A DNA stretch of 64,000 nt from Phoronis australis (taxonomy: Eukaryota > Animalia > Phoronida), in the NCBI GenBank assembly GCA_002633005.1, contig NMRA01000311.1, positions 390,114 through 454,113 on the forward strand. The letters are read 5' to 3'. Below the pieces are notes generated by a model. It saw only the letters and a program-made list of their open reading frames with translations. It searched no databases and had not been told where the DNA came from. Positions 52,201 to 64,000 of the stretch are shown piece after piece. A program made the position numbers and the translations under genes. How positions within the stretch are numbered: position 1 is the first letter of the stretch; each line of letters begins with the position of its first letter.

Positions 52201-54896
52201 AGGAGGGCTCGTTCCGCGGAAGGACTGCCGACTTTTTCTTCATGTTCGTTTTCGGCGGTATAATTATGACTGTATCCTTTTATTGATAACGTAAACTAGA
52301 AAAATCACAGACTATGTTATATGCCTTGTGATCATTTAGTTGTCTATTAAAAACTGCTGCAATTCCCATGTATTTAGGTGCAAAAACAGAAATGAACTGA
52401 GCCACCTAATTTTACAAAATCTGTCTCATAATATTCCTTATCTTGCGAGGACTTAGTTTCTGTTAATAACGAGAACACAGAAACCATCAGCGACTCGAGC
52501 AAACTTTATTTAGTCAACCCTAAAATTGCGAATTCAAAAATGGCACTTGTATACATTGTATACATTGTGTACATTGTATACATTGTATGTGACTAGAGTT
52601 GCCAACTCATTTGGCATCAATTCAACATCGTATGACGGTGGTAATGTTTTAATTCCAAATTCAACATCGTATGACGATGGTAATGTTTTAATTCCAAATT
52701 CTTCAAAAAGAATTTGTAATTGACAGCTTAAGCGTTTTTCATAATTGGCAGCTTAAAAGTGGTGAAATGTCCCTTTAGGCTTTGTGAGGTTATGTGAGAC
52801 CTCATCTGTACCTTTAGCCAAATATCTGCGAAACTAAAGAGTTAATGTATTTGTAAATAAATTTGAAAGCATATTGTTTTGAAAGTAGAAAGCCTACAGA
52901 ATTTGATTTTGACATATATGCTAATCTGCCATCGAGTCGCATAATGATGTCTTTCTAGACCAATAAAGTATAAGGTACACTCATAGCATTAGTTAGGTAG
53001 CAATAACATGTAAATGTTCATTAAGCAGAAACCTCAGAAATGTTGTTACTTGCAGTTTTATAAATTATCCACCTTTGGTTTTTGTTTCATACAACTTCTG
53101 AATGTTTTCATGGAACTTGTGAAAGTTTTTTTATAACCCGTCATGCCAAAGTAGAACGTTTCAAAAACAATTATTCCCAATGGCATTTTGGAGAACAGTG
53201 CTTATAGTACAATATTGAAAAATTCATTTGGATTCTGTCAGCTGTCTCTAATATTTGATGTTCTAAACTTAATTAAATTTGGCTATTTTTCTAGGATCTC
53301 ACATGACTTAATCCAAAACTTACGTAAACTTATGATTTTGTTACTTTTTAATTATGTAACATTATTGCTGTGTGTTGAATATTCATGAAAGTTAAGTCCT
53401 ATTCAAGTTTGTTTGAAAGTAGATCTGTTGTATATTGCATGAAAATATAGAGTTTGAAGCGGAGTATTTTAATAGTCGTTGATTTCTGGTCAGTTTCCAA
53501 TGAACTCCTTGACTTGAATTCAGATTGTTGCCATGTTTGTTAATCTAGTCTTTCTAGGCCAAGCGTTCACGATAATGTTGGTTTATATCTGGAGTCGGCG
53601 GAACCCGTACATTCGCATGAACTTCTTTGGCCTCATGAATTTCCAAGCACCGTACCTGCCCTGGGTCCTCCTGGGATTCTCGCTACTCCTTGGCAACTCT
53701 GTTGTTGTAGACTTAATGGGTATGAAGCATTTTGAATCTGTAACTTTTTATTTGGTATTAAAGCCTACCCCCCCCTTGGCTACCAGAAAAAATAGAACAG
53801 CAAGAGCGTGAGGAAATATTGAGTTTATTAATTTATCCCGGTAATTAACATGCAGCTGAAGCAAGCTTTAACAATGTGCGCAGTTTTAGTTTGTTTGTGC
53901 GTGTGTGGGAGGGTTAGGCTCAGACCTGATTTCAAGTGTCCCGATCCAAACCATCAGCGCAATTGGCTCCCGTTTTTTTATTTTATTAATATTTTTTTAG
54001 TTCCCCGGTTGTTTTTTAGCAAAAGTTCCACATCTTCGGAAATTCGAGCCCCCCTATATTTTAGGCTGGGTGTGCGCATGGAATCGTGCTTTGCGCAATT
54101 GCCCGAGACAAAATGTTGGGCCTCCCCTTATCATATCCTAGATCCCCCACTGTATACTATTGAGCTGTGTGCTGCAACTCCGATGGCAGAAAGGTGAATA
54201 AACTTGAGGAGTATATGTGGATACTATGTATTCTGACATGATTCCCTAGAATTTTCCCGGCATCTGTAAAACGAGGCCAGTGTAACAACACGTTTTCCTA
54301 CGTCCACGACAAAGAATATTTCTATCTGGGACCATCCTATTAGACACAAGGTGTTCCTAGTGCAAGTGGCAGTGTCAATGGTCATTTTTACCTTGTGAAT
54401 TCACTTTGCTCCACTTTACATTATTTTACCATTCTAACAAATCAGTTTCATTCTAATTATGTGTTAAAGGAATGTTCACATTGTCTTGCAGGTATTGCGG
54501 TTGGCCATATTTATTACTTTTTAGAAGACGTGTTTCCAGAACAGCAGGGAGGTTTTAAAATATTACACACACCATCATTTTTGTGAGTATGTCATTATGC
54601 TTCGTGATTTACAGTAAACTAGTAAAGTAACTATTTGACCTAGTTTTCATAAAAATAGGTCACAGACTTTAAAATGAAACCATTTGATGCCGTGCATCTT
54701 CAATGTTCCCATTGTCACATTGTAAATTCTTGTCTTATCTTCAATGTTTTATTTCAGAAAATGGATATTCGATCATGAAGCAGATGATCCAAACTACACC
54801 CCCCTGGCTGAAGAAGACAGGCCTGGGGGCTTCCGGTGGGGTGAAGGACAGCCGGTTGGGGATCTTAATGAGGATCAAAGGAATGACAATAACTGA
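49214..54896 (+). CDS. DERL2: Derlin-2 (ERAD rhomboid pseudoprotease; 6 exons, 250 aa)
   Basis: Exons 49214-49306, 51238-51303, 52104-52271, 53524-53719, 54492-54582, 54758-54896 (753 nt). Peptide [24 protein letters not shown]...SPFQLYFNP...[43 protein letters not shown]...[19 protein letters not shown]...APYLPWVL...[19 protein letters not shown]...[11 protein letters not shown] (C-terminal SHP/p97-binding box). Confidence 0.97.
49755..50251. mobile_element. Foldback element of the same family in DERL2 intron 1
   Basis: CTAGATAGTACCATCGTCTCAACTGG ... CCAGCTGAGACGGTGGCACTGTCTAG. Internal TTCAGTTTCCCAAATCGGCAACTGG and CTCGAACAAATAC/GTATTTGTTCGAG match 47210-48230. Confidence 0.75.
52272..53523 (+). 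other. U12-type (minor spliceosome) GT-AG intron in DERL2
   Basis: 5' splice site GTATCCTTTT at 52272. Branch site TCCTTGAC at 53506-53513, 10 nt before the end of the terminal AG, with no polypyrimidine tract. Confidence 0.93.
52545..52700. repeat. Short tandem repeats (9-bp TATACATTG x about 4; 39-bp duplication)
   Basis: TGTATACATTGTATACATTG...; CAATTCAACATCGTATGACGGTGGTAATGTTTTAATTCC twice with minor differences. Confidence 0.75.
54040..54080. mobile_element. Truncated right end of the same MITE family
   Basis: AAATTCGAGCCCCCCTATATTTTAGGCTGGGTGTGCGCATG. Confidence 0.65.
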
Positions 54897-56892
54897 ACAC
54901 ATCATTGAATTGTCTGGTCTCTAAAAGGAATGGAGAACGGATTTTTAAGGCAGGATTGTGACACATAAAACTGTGCTCTGTAGAAACTTAACTTGTTATC
55001 ATGATAACAACAGCCTTGTTTGCCAGAATAGATACCTTTGCAGAGTCAAAAGTGGTCACATCATGTGAAAATAATTCTCTCCCATCTAGGACTCTCAACT
55101 TGGGACCTTATGCAATCTGTTTCCATAATGTAGTTCGGTGAGGCATCACGACTTGTAATTGCTAGGTCACACGATTTTCCAAATATGACTCTGTATGACT
55201 CTGTATGACTCTATATGTAAAAGAATCTACTCTATGCGTATATTGCACCAGAGTTGGTGTCGATCATTCACATAACAAAGGACAACCTTGACATTTCTCT
55301 AAAATTCGAGTCAGTTCTGCTAGATTTGAGAGTGAGTTGTTCACTGCCCTCATTGCACGTCTGATAGTACAGAAGGGTGGGTGGCACATAGCCCCCCAAG
55401 ATGCCCTGACATTGGTGACAAGTAGTTTTGTGTCAACATTAGGGCATAATTTTACCAATTTAGCACACAATATCTGGGAACAACTAAAACTTTATTTTCT
55501 CATTTTTTAATTTAAGATAAGTAGTGTCATTAATGTTTTACCATTTTCAACTTTTTTGTACCTGGCAAATTTGGACACCATCCACAATAATCTTGTTTTG
55601 CCAGGTTTGCCCAGGAGTAACTTTGTTGCATTTTAATTATTTAGAACTATTGTAAAACACAAGATTTTACCATGTAATATTTTGAAAAGTTGGGCTATTC
55701 ACAACTGTGTCAGATTAAAATATCCAAGAACAATTTTGGTTGTAGTTTTTGTCCAAAGGTGGCGACATTGTAATGCTCTAATGAGTGTTTTTGAGAATGA
55801 AAGGCAACGGTGTGCAATAGTTTTCAAAATAAACTGGACAAACTAGGGCAGAACTCTGCCAGACTTGGATAAACATCTTGCCAGAATTGTTTGGCTGTCT
55901 AGTTGAACCTTTGTTTCAATAAAATAGGGTTTTTTAATTGAATTGAATGTGTCGTTATTGCATCTAGTGGCTAATTGTTTATTCAAAAGGATACCAAACC
56001 CGGTTTTTGGCTTATTAACAGATACTATAGACGACTTTCCCCTCCAGTTCTCTGAAACAAAATAATGTTCTGTAACCCGCGACAACCCTCAAAAGTTTGG
56101 AGGAAAATCTGTACACTCCTTTCAAAGTCTGCTGAACAGGCAAGCTTGACCTAGGCTTTTGGGGAATTCCAGAGCAATGGTGGGAAAATACCACCCACCA
56201 AGGACCATAACGTCCAATCTGAGATAAGGAGTATGACTTTTTATGTGATTCCTACTTTGATTGTTGGAAGGTTAACACCAATGACTCATTAGCAGGTGAC
56301 AGAACGAGGATTGGTTTTAATCAATCAAAACGGGATTTAGTATCCTTTTAATATGGATTTGCCCCGTAAGTTGCTGTGATTTTGACAACTTGGTCAGAGC
56401 AACAACTGTCTAAACTTTGTCAAGATATAGCCTGAATTGAAGTGGATTCTAGTAACAAGTAAATGGATATCTAGTTTTGTGCTTGGAACTTTGTTGAATT
56501 TGGACGTTGTCCTTTTTGTTTTCCAAACTTCTGTATCCCTTACCCCTCAGTATTGTCTTGCAGTTGCCGTTCTTCGCGCTGTATTAAGCACACAATATGG
56601 GAACGAGAGGAATTTCAATTTGTCAAAGTTCATGTCAAAACATTCGAGAAAATTCTGTTTGCAATTAATACAGTTTACAGTGTATAGTTGTCATAAAACA
56701 ATCTCATTTCTCTAATATTACGATCTACCCTTGAAACATCGAAAAATGATTATGGTGGCTGTTTATTGTTTTTTCTAAACAACTGAAGAATTGCCCTGTG
56801 AAGGAACTTTGCAAATTCGTTTGGTGAGGTGGTAAAGTACTGATAGTTACGATATTTCCTTCTTTGCTCTAATTAAATTTGTTCCTGAATTA

Positions 56893-56923
<31 letters not shown>

Positions 56924-57407
56924 GTGTCGCCTGTCTGCTCTCAGATTTGCTCAAATGTTTGAAAAGAAAGTGTATTTCATCAACACACACTGAGGAAAGG
57001 AACGGATGCAATGTATGTACAGTGTATTAAGTCGGCCGGAAATGTACAGCTGAGAATGTTGAATGTGACTCTTGTTATAGTGCAAAGTTAACAAGGAATG
57101 GTTGTTGTCGTAAATTGTGAAATCTCAGTAATAAACACTGATATTTTATAGTTTCTGTGTAGTTCCTGTATGTCCATTCAAGCTGATACACTTTTCAACT
57201 AGTTTTGTCTAGTCTCTGCCATGTTCATTTTGGTACACTTATTAATAGACCAGTTTTGGCTAGTCCCTATAGGCCCACATTTATAACGCTTATCAATTAT
57301 GTTATTTTAGAGCTGTTGCAATCCATGTTCAGGTACTAAAAACGTCAACTTTCTTGACATGTTGGTGTTGCTCGTCCAACAATCTCGTTCTTTGTCGTTC
57401 GGCTGCC

Positions 57408-57729
57408 AATGAAATCCATTATACATGTGTATGATTTCACAGCCATGTGTGTCGATGAAATCCATTATACATGTGTATGATTTTACAGCCATGTGTGTCA
57501 ATGAAATCCATTATACATGTGTATGATTTCACAGCCATGTGTGTCAATGAAATCCATTATACATGTGTATGATTTTACAGCCATGTGTGTCAATGAAATC
57601 CATTATACATGTGTATGATTTCACAGCCATGTGTGCCAATGAAATCCATTATACATGTGTATGATTTCACAGCCATGTGTGCCAATGAAATCCATTATAC
57701 ATGTGTATGATTTCACAGCCATGTGTGTC
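57408..57729. repeat. Minisatellite, 46-bp unit x 7
   Basis: AATGAAATCCATTATACATGTGTATGATTTCACAGCCATGTGTGTC. Confidence 0.95.
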
Positions 57730-59091
57730 GGCAGCATCTCGAGGCCAAGCGTTTTTGTTGACTGCAAGGTGGTGCTGTGACTGTCATAGTTCAGCGTCTG
57801 GAGTAGATCTCGGTGTGTGTTAACGTCTGTGAAAATGACCCTTCCCATGCAACGCCTTATCACCAGGATAATTAACAGTCGAATAAAAATTTCATCAGTT
57901 GGGGGTATAGAACTCTAGCCTTAGAGTTGTATGATTGTGTGTAATGAAGTTGCAGCGTGGACACTGCGCGTGGGGCAGGATATTTTTGGGTAGAGTTCGG
58001 AAGCTTTGTCGCGAGTAACTTACAAACTGTCTTGCCAAAATCAGGTGTTCTATATCTCACGCAATCTCTCGAACTTTTGCTTTTTAGCGAGGTCCGAGAC
58101 GAGGAGACAATTTAATTTAAATTTATTTAAAACGCGTTGTATCACACCTGGGATTAACACGCTGACGCGTTTTGTAGTCCCAGATCAATATGAACTGTGT
58201 TTTTTCCCCTATGCCGCCTGCTGCGAAGGCGTGGTACCTCCTGGTATGTAGCCAGGTGGTGGTGAGAATCAGGCGTGATCAGTCGCCACTGCTTTCTGTA
58301 AGCCAATCAGGCTTCTTTTGCTTCACGGGTCACTAAGGGTTCAAGCAAGTTGAGGAGGTATCGATTTAATAACTACGCTTTTGTGGATTAAACTTGGTCA
58401 AAACGTCAAGAAAACTCAATTGCAGCTGGTCGTCATCGACTAGCGAGTACATAAATAGGCCACATGCCGTGACAAACTAAAGGATCCTCTTTGAAGGTTT
58501 TCTTTTCCATTCACGTCTTAAGAACACAGAACGAGTTTCGTTAGTCGGAAGATTTGTGTCTGCTATCGATTGAGCCGTGCATAATGCACAAATCACCTGT
58601 CACACGGTGTTACGGCTGCCACTGTGACTGATTTTGGGTGGTGTTGCACCACCAAAAATAAACTAAAAATTCATATATTAAACGGGCGGATCCAGGATTT
58701 TGAGTTGGGGGGGCAGGGCAGCNGAATTACAAAACCGGTCATGTGAATCGTACTTTTATTGACTTTTCTACAACCGTGTTTTGCAGCTAAAACATAATCA
58801 TTATTCTTCTAAATCACATGTGCGGTTATACGTGTGAAGCCACTTAAGGCTATGAGATAGCTCCCGATTCCGTGGCTAGTTCAGCGTGGCGTACAGAGGG
58901 GTGCATCCTTAAGTGGTACAAAACCAGTAACTTTCCCCTATATTATTACAACTTCTCAGTTGATAGCTACTTGTACGATGCTTTGCCGGTAACGGGTTGA
59001 CTGCATCCGAGCGAGCAAAAGTTACTCACGTTGATCCCTACAATCACTCGTTGTCCATGTGAACAACTTGACGTCAGAGATGCACTGAACC

Positions 59092-60490
59092 TTTTTATGC
59101 GCCCACATATTTACATGTGGACGGCATTATGCCGTCATCTCCGTCCGTCCGGCGTCCGGCGTCCGCTGCTCTACATGTATCTCCAAGACCCTTTGACCGA
59201 CATGCGTTCATGAAATTTGGCACCGCGGCATATGTTCCATTCATGAATGAGACGGTACGGCATGAGCGAACTTTCGGACGGATCCGACTACCAGTGTGCC
59301 CCCTAGTGGCAATTTGAGTTTTTTACGCTTACCTTTGTATCTTCAAAAGTCCTGAACGGATTTTCATGAAATTTGGTATTAGGCACTTATTAGTGAGATG
59401 ACGCTATTCTCCCGTTTTCGAATGGATTCGACGTAGTTTGCGCCACCTAGTGGCCATTTTTACTGTTTTCGAGTCTGTTTTTTTGCGTCCACCCCTCTAT
59501 CAACCAAACCGCTCAAAGGATGATTGTGAAAATTGGCATGTATGTGCTTACTATGATGAGGACGGTTGACGATGATTTTCCGACGATTTCCACTACTGTG
59601 GCGCCTCCTAGTGGCAGTTTTTTTTTGCGCCTATGGCTGTATCTCCTAAACCGTGAGGATCTTTACGATAGACGACGACGAATTTTGGACAGATTCGACT
59701 ACCGATGTGCCCCCTAGTGGCAATTTTATTTTTTTTACGTTTATCTTTCTTCAAAAGTCCTTAGCGGATTTTCATGAAATTTAATAGGCACCTATTAGTG
59801 AGGTGGACGCTATCCTCCCGTTTTCGGATGGATTTGACGTAGTTTTATGCCACCAACTGGCCATTTTTACTGTTTTCGAGTCTGTTGTTTGCTTCCGCCC
59901 CTCTATCAACCAAACCGCTCAAAGGATGATTGTGAAAAGTGGCATGTATGTGCTTACTATATAGAGGACAGTTGACGATGATTTTCCGACAATTTCGACT
60001 ACTGTGGCGCCTCCTAGTGGCAGTTTTGTTTTTGTTGCGTCTATGGCTGTATCTCCTAAACCATTCGCAGGATCTTTACTTAATTTAGCAAGTGCATTTA
60101 TATGATTTTGACTACGGACGACGACTTTTGGACAGATCTGACTTCTGCTGTGCTCCCTAGTGGCAATTATAGTTTTTTACTTTTATTTCAGTATCTTCAA
60201 AGGTCCACAACAGATTTTCATAAAATTTTAAATGTAGGCATCTATTGGTGTGATGACGCTGTCTTCCTGTTTTTAGATGGAATCGAGGTATTTTGCAACA
60301 CGTAGTGGCCATTTTTTGCTGTTTTCAAATCTTGTTTTTGGTGTCCACCCCTGTATCAACCAAATCATTTGAAAATTGGCATATATGTACTCAGTGTGAA
60401 GCCGACCTTTGATGATGGTGACTGACTACTGTGGCGCCTCCTAGTGGTAGTTTTGTTTTGTGCTCGTGCTGGCTACCACCTAGCGGCACT
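59092..60490 (+). mobile_element. DINE-1/Helentron-associated (HINE)-like non-autonomous element with internal tandem repeats
   Basis: T-run start, short hairpin CCACATATTTACATGTGG, (GTCC)n microsatellite, then ~3 copies of a ~410-440-bp higher-order repeat (ATGAAATTTGG...GCGCCHCCTAGTGGC). This architecture is typical of DINE-1-like elements; the family call is inference. Confidence 0.7.
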
Positions 60491-60929
60491 CAGGGAACCA
60501 GCGAGGGAAATACCTAGATTAAGCATCAGGTCATAAAATTCTGTGACTATCAAAGTGTGGCCAACAGTTTCTCCGTTGCCAAAAAGACAGTATAGTTAAG
60601 CGTCCTATGTAAACAATCTACATGTAGGCACCAGCATGATTGGGTCAAGTCTGAATCAAAGTGAAACATTATTAACTTCATGAAGAGGTAATGAGACAAA
60701 TGCACTCACGACTATGATACTAGGAAATCAATAAATCCCCTTTATCCGTGTGCGCGACAAATGTTTTATAATAAACAAATAACACCAGTTTGAATCATTT
60801 AAAAAATCCCGATCGCTCGTCCAGCAAAATGGCACTTAGTCAAAGCCAGTACTGAATTTGGAAAAAACCCCTCGTACATATACAAGAGCAACGCGGAGCG
60901 TTGAAATGAGCTCACGAATGCATTGCAAA

Positions 60930-61210
60930 TGGTGTGCTTAAGGTTATTTATTTGTATCATAAAAATGGCCACTGGATGGCGCAAAAACATACAATCCATC
61001 CAAAAACGGGAACATGCCATATTTCATAAAAATCTGTCAAGGAACTTCAGAGAAACAAAGGGAAACAAAATAATATGAAATTGCCACTAGTGGGCACAGT
61101 GTCCGTTGGGTCCGCCTGAAAGTCGCCGTCGTCTGTTGTTATCTTCATATAAATACACTTACTAAATTTAGTAAAGATCCTGCAGTGGCTTTAGGAGATA
61201 CAACTACAGG
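60930..61210 (-). repeat. Inverted fragment of the same repeat family
   Basis: AAAAATGGCCACTGGATGGCGCAAA...AAAACGGGA...AATTGCCACTAGTGGGCAC...TAAATTTAGTAAAGATCCTGC...TTAGGAGATACA is the reverse complement of the 59092-60490 unit. Confidence 0.7.
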
Positions 61211-61285
61211 TATCACTTAATTTTCCTCGGAAATTTTTTTACGCCGGCGTTTGTGATTGGCTGGTCGAATTCTCAACAGGCAGCG

Positions 61286-61829
61286 TGTCAGAATATAGTC
61301 TGACGGTATTATTAGTTGTATTGTTTTGCTTTGTTATTCAGTTTGATTGGCATGACCCCTGAGTTAAGTACAATGATGATGTTATTTGTTTACTACAGAA
61401 TGGTATGAAACTTTCTAGAAGACTGAGGTCAGAACAGTGATGATGTAATTTGTTTACTACAGTATAGTGTGGAACTTTCTAGAAGACTCTAGCATGACAG
61501 TGATTGATGCAGTCTGGAATATTCTAGAGATTAGTACATGTTTGTAGAATGGTTGGGTAGATTCAGAAAAGTTCTAGAATGTGCTTGAATTGATGAAAAG
61601 TTCCAGAACAATGCATTAGGCTATAAATACACAAGCACGGGTTTGTGTTGGTCAGTTGAGTCCAAGAAGATCAAGTTGGGAGATCAAGTGAGATCAAGCC
61701 AGTTCAAGAAAGTTTAATATCAGGAGAACTACAGTTGAGTTGCAGTGAAGAGAATCAGCAGTTATACAGCGATAGTCAATAGAGAGCCAGCTATAGAGAC
61801 AGCAGGTTATTGAATCAACGAGTGTAACA
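61286..61829 (+). mobile_element. LTR-like segment (solo or truncated) with heat-shock elements, TATA and Inr
   Basis: Starts TGTCAG and can end GTAACA. Has an internal ~65-bp duplication, clustered TTCTAGAA, TATAAATA at 61622-61629 and TCAGTT Inr at 61652-61657. No TSD, PBS or internal ORF found. Confidence 0.45.
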
Positions 61830-63269
61830 GCAAGGGCCCGTCTTCCGCTTCAGCTGTTGAGGTCACGTCGTTTTCATGCACGTAATTTTGTACACAAGCT
61901 TCTTGTTCAATACCGGTAGCGTCATTTACGAAAGTCCCAAGGCACACTTTGCCTGAAATTCCTTCGCCGATCACGGGGTAATCCCCGTCTCCTCTTACAT
62001 CGTATCAGTAAAGAAAAAAAATGTTGAACCGGCTTAGATTTGTCAGTTTAATTAGTTGGATACGCTGGTTCATATTCCACAACTTCGCGATGAGGTCGCG
62101 CCATTACTGCTAAGAACGTACATTGTATGAGGCAGGTCCATAACACCAGGTTACACGATGCCTGGAGTGTGTTTTTAGGGACTTCTTTTATGATTCCTCG
62201 TACCATCTGTTCACCCTAAAACCCGCCTGTTTGCGTGTTGTGCGAGGAGTTTGATATCCGTTAGAATATTACAATTATCTAGAGAATCGTTTGTGTTGCT
62301 ACTATTTTTATTTGCATCCAATTATTGACGCAAATGTTGGGATTACCCAGAATTCCGAGACTCATAAATTAATAAAAGACATGCAACAAAAGTTCAATTT
62401 ATTTCAAATTAGTGAGCAATGAAAATTAAGAAGTTACCTGAATGCCTTCTTTGGCAGATACGTCCTCGTTGGCTCCCGTTTTCTGAACATTTTTCTGATC
62501 CAATTTTGGATGATTCACTCTCTAAAAAAATCTTATAACTGTTTTGAAAAAATGGGTAATAAAAGTTTGGATATCACTTCAAGAAAAATGACCGGTCATC
62601 CTTCTGTTGCTACAGGCGGGTTCAAAGGTAATTTAATGTTATGCAGTCTATTTTGATATGGTCAAATGGTGAAATTAATGGTCCGACAGAAAATAATTGT
62701 GTTCACTTAATGACTTTTTGATATTTTTAAATAACGATAGAGAAAAAATTACGAAAACTACATTCGTCTGATGGGCAGATAATGGTTTATGTACATAATA
62801 ATATTCTAGCATGAATATTTTACTGTTCTTCAAAAATCAGTTAAGAAAAATAAGACTGGCTTGTTAACATTCTCATAAATACATTAAAAGGAAACAATCG
62901 GTTTTACTGCCGGAAAATGTATTTTATGGGTAAATTCTGAGTACCATTGACTTCATGAAGTTAACAGTAAAATCCGTTATGATTTTGTTATAAATAACCG
63001 ATTCCTTACAAAGGTTTCCAGTTAAAGTTATATGAAACTGGGGTGGTGACTTCATCAGCTCAATGTTTCGTTACTGGGCGCCGTGAAGATCGTCGAGGCC
63101 TTTGTCGTGTATTGCTGATCAAAGTCGGCGCGCAAAAAACTAAGAATTAATCTCCTGAGTGTGCGAGAAAAATAGCAAAGGGTCGAAGCACATTGGAGGA
63201 GTAACCTCCCGAGAAAAAGCAATGGGGCGAAATGAGTGATGGATTCCCATGCAAGATGAGTTGAACATC

Positions 63270-64000
63270 TTTAGGAGCCCACATATTTATATGTGGACGC
63301 ATTATGCCGTCGTCTCCGTCCGTCCGTCCGTCCGGGGTCCTTCCGTCCGGGGTCCGTCCGTCCGGCGTCCGCTGCTCTATCTCCAAAACCCTTTGACGTA
63401 CTTTCATGTAATTTTGCACATATGTTCCTATCATAGATGGAAAGGCATGAGCGAATTTTCACACTACCGGTGACAGTTTTAGTTTTTTTAAGCTTGCCTC
63501 TATATCTTCAAAGGGCCTCAACGTATTTTCATAAAATTTGGATATAGGCATTTATTAGTGTGATGACGCTATCCCCCCGTTTTCTGATGGATTCGACGTA
63601 GTTTGCGCCACTTAGTGGTCATTTTTTTTGTTGTTTTCGAGTCTGTTTTTTGGCGTCCACCCCTCTATCAACCAAACCGCAGTAAGGATGATTGTGGAAA
63701 TTTGCATGTGTGTTCGTGCTATGAAGAGGACGGTTGACGATGATTTTTCAACGATTTCGACTACTGTAGCGTCTCCTAGTGGCCGTTTTTTTTTTGCGCC
63801 CAGGGCTGCATCTCCTAAACCGTTTGCAACATCTTTGCTAAATTTAGCAAGTGTATTTATATGTTGTTGACAACGGATGACAACTTTCGCACGGATCTGA
63901 CTACCAGTGTGCCCCCTAATGGCAATTTTCATTTTTTAGGCTTACCTCAGTATCTTCAAAGGTCCTCAACGAATCATCAGAAAAGTTGGAATAAGGCATT
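63270..64000 (+). mobile_element. Second copy of the DINE-1/HINE-like element (runs off the window)
   Basis: TTTAGGAGCCCACATATTTATATGTGGACGCATTATGCCGTC, (GTCC)n, then the same tandem unit as 59092-60490. Confidence 0.72.

Noticed and set aside
57408-57729. Regular 46-bp repeats (and 28-bp repeats at 42441-42668) resembling a CRISPR array
   Set aside because: Head-to-tail units with no unique spacers, no cas genes, and a eukaryotic context: minisatellites.
57730-58300. Minus-strand ORFs with a Walker-A-like PDFGKT
   Set aside because: Motif incomplete, frames interrupted, no supporting NTPase motifs.
62438-62521. Isolated 84-nt minus-strand exon-like block (TTTTTTAG ... CAG|GTAACT)
   Set aside because: No partner exons or recognisable peptide in the window; could be chance.
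63147-63473. ORFs with PDGRT/SVRGP peptide repeats
   Set aside because: Translation of the (GTCC)n microsatellite of the DINE-1-like element; not a gene.

Overview
Eukaryotic, intron-rich animal genomic DNA (AT-rich, GT-AG introns, single-N scaffold gaps; probably a marine invertebrate bilaterian, by inference). I reconstructed three spliced genes by hand, each with consistent intron phases. (1) A very large adhesion GPCR on + (37 coding exons, 6191..33688, about 2170 aa, N-terminus unresolved). It has six tandem GPR133/ADGRD1-type pentraxin/laminin-G-like domains, a GAIN/GPS with an intact HL|T site, a 7TM lacking both cysteines of the canonical TM3-ECL2 disulfide, and an S/R/P-rich tail. 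(2) SUDS3 on - (8 exons, 309 aa) with a U12-type AT-AC intron. (3) DERL2 (Derlin-2) on + (6 exons, 250 aa) with a U12-type GT-AG intron. SUDS3 and DERL2 are head-to-head with 269 bp between start codons, and that gap carries ETS, NRF1-like and UPRE motifs. The rest is MITEs and foldback elements, tandem repeats, DINE-1/Helentron-like repeats carrying CTCF-like motifs, an LTR-like segment with clustered heat-shock elements, and two gap-flanking duplications that are probably assembly artefacts. Most ORFs in the supplied track are exon fragments or spurious.
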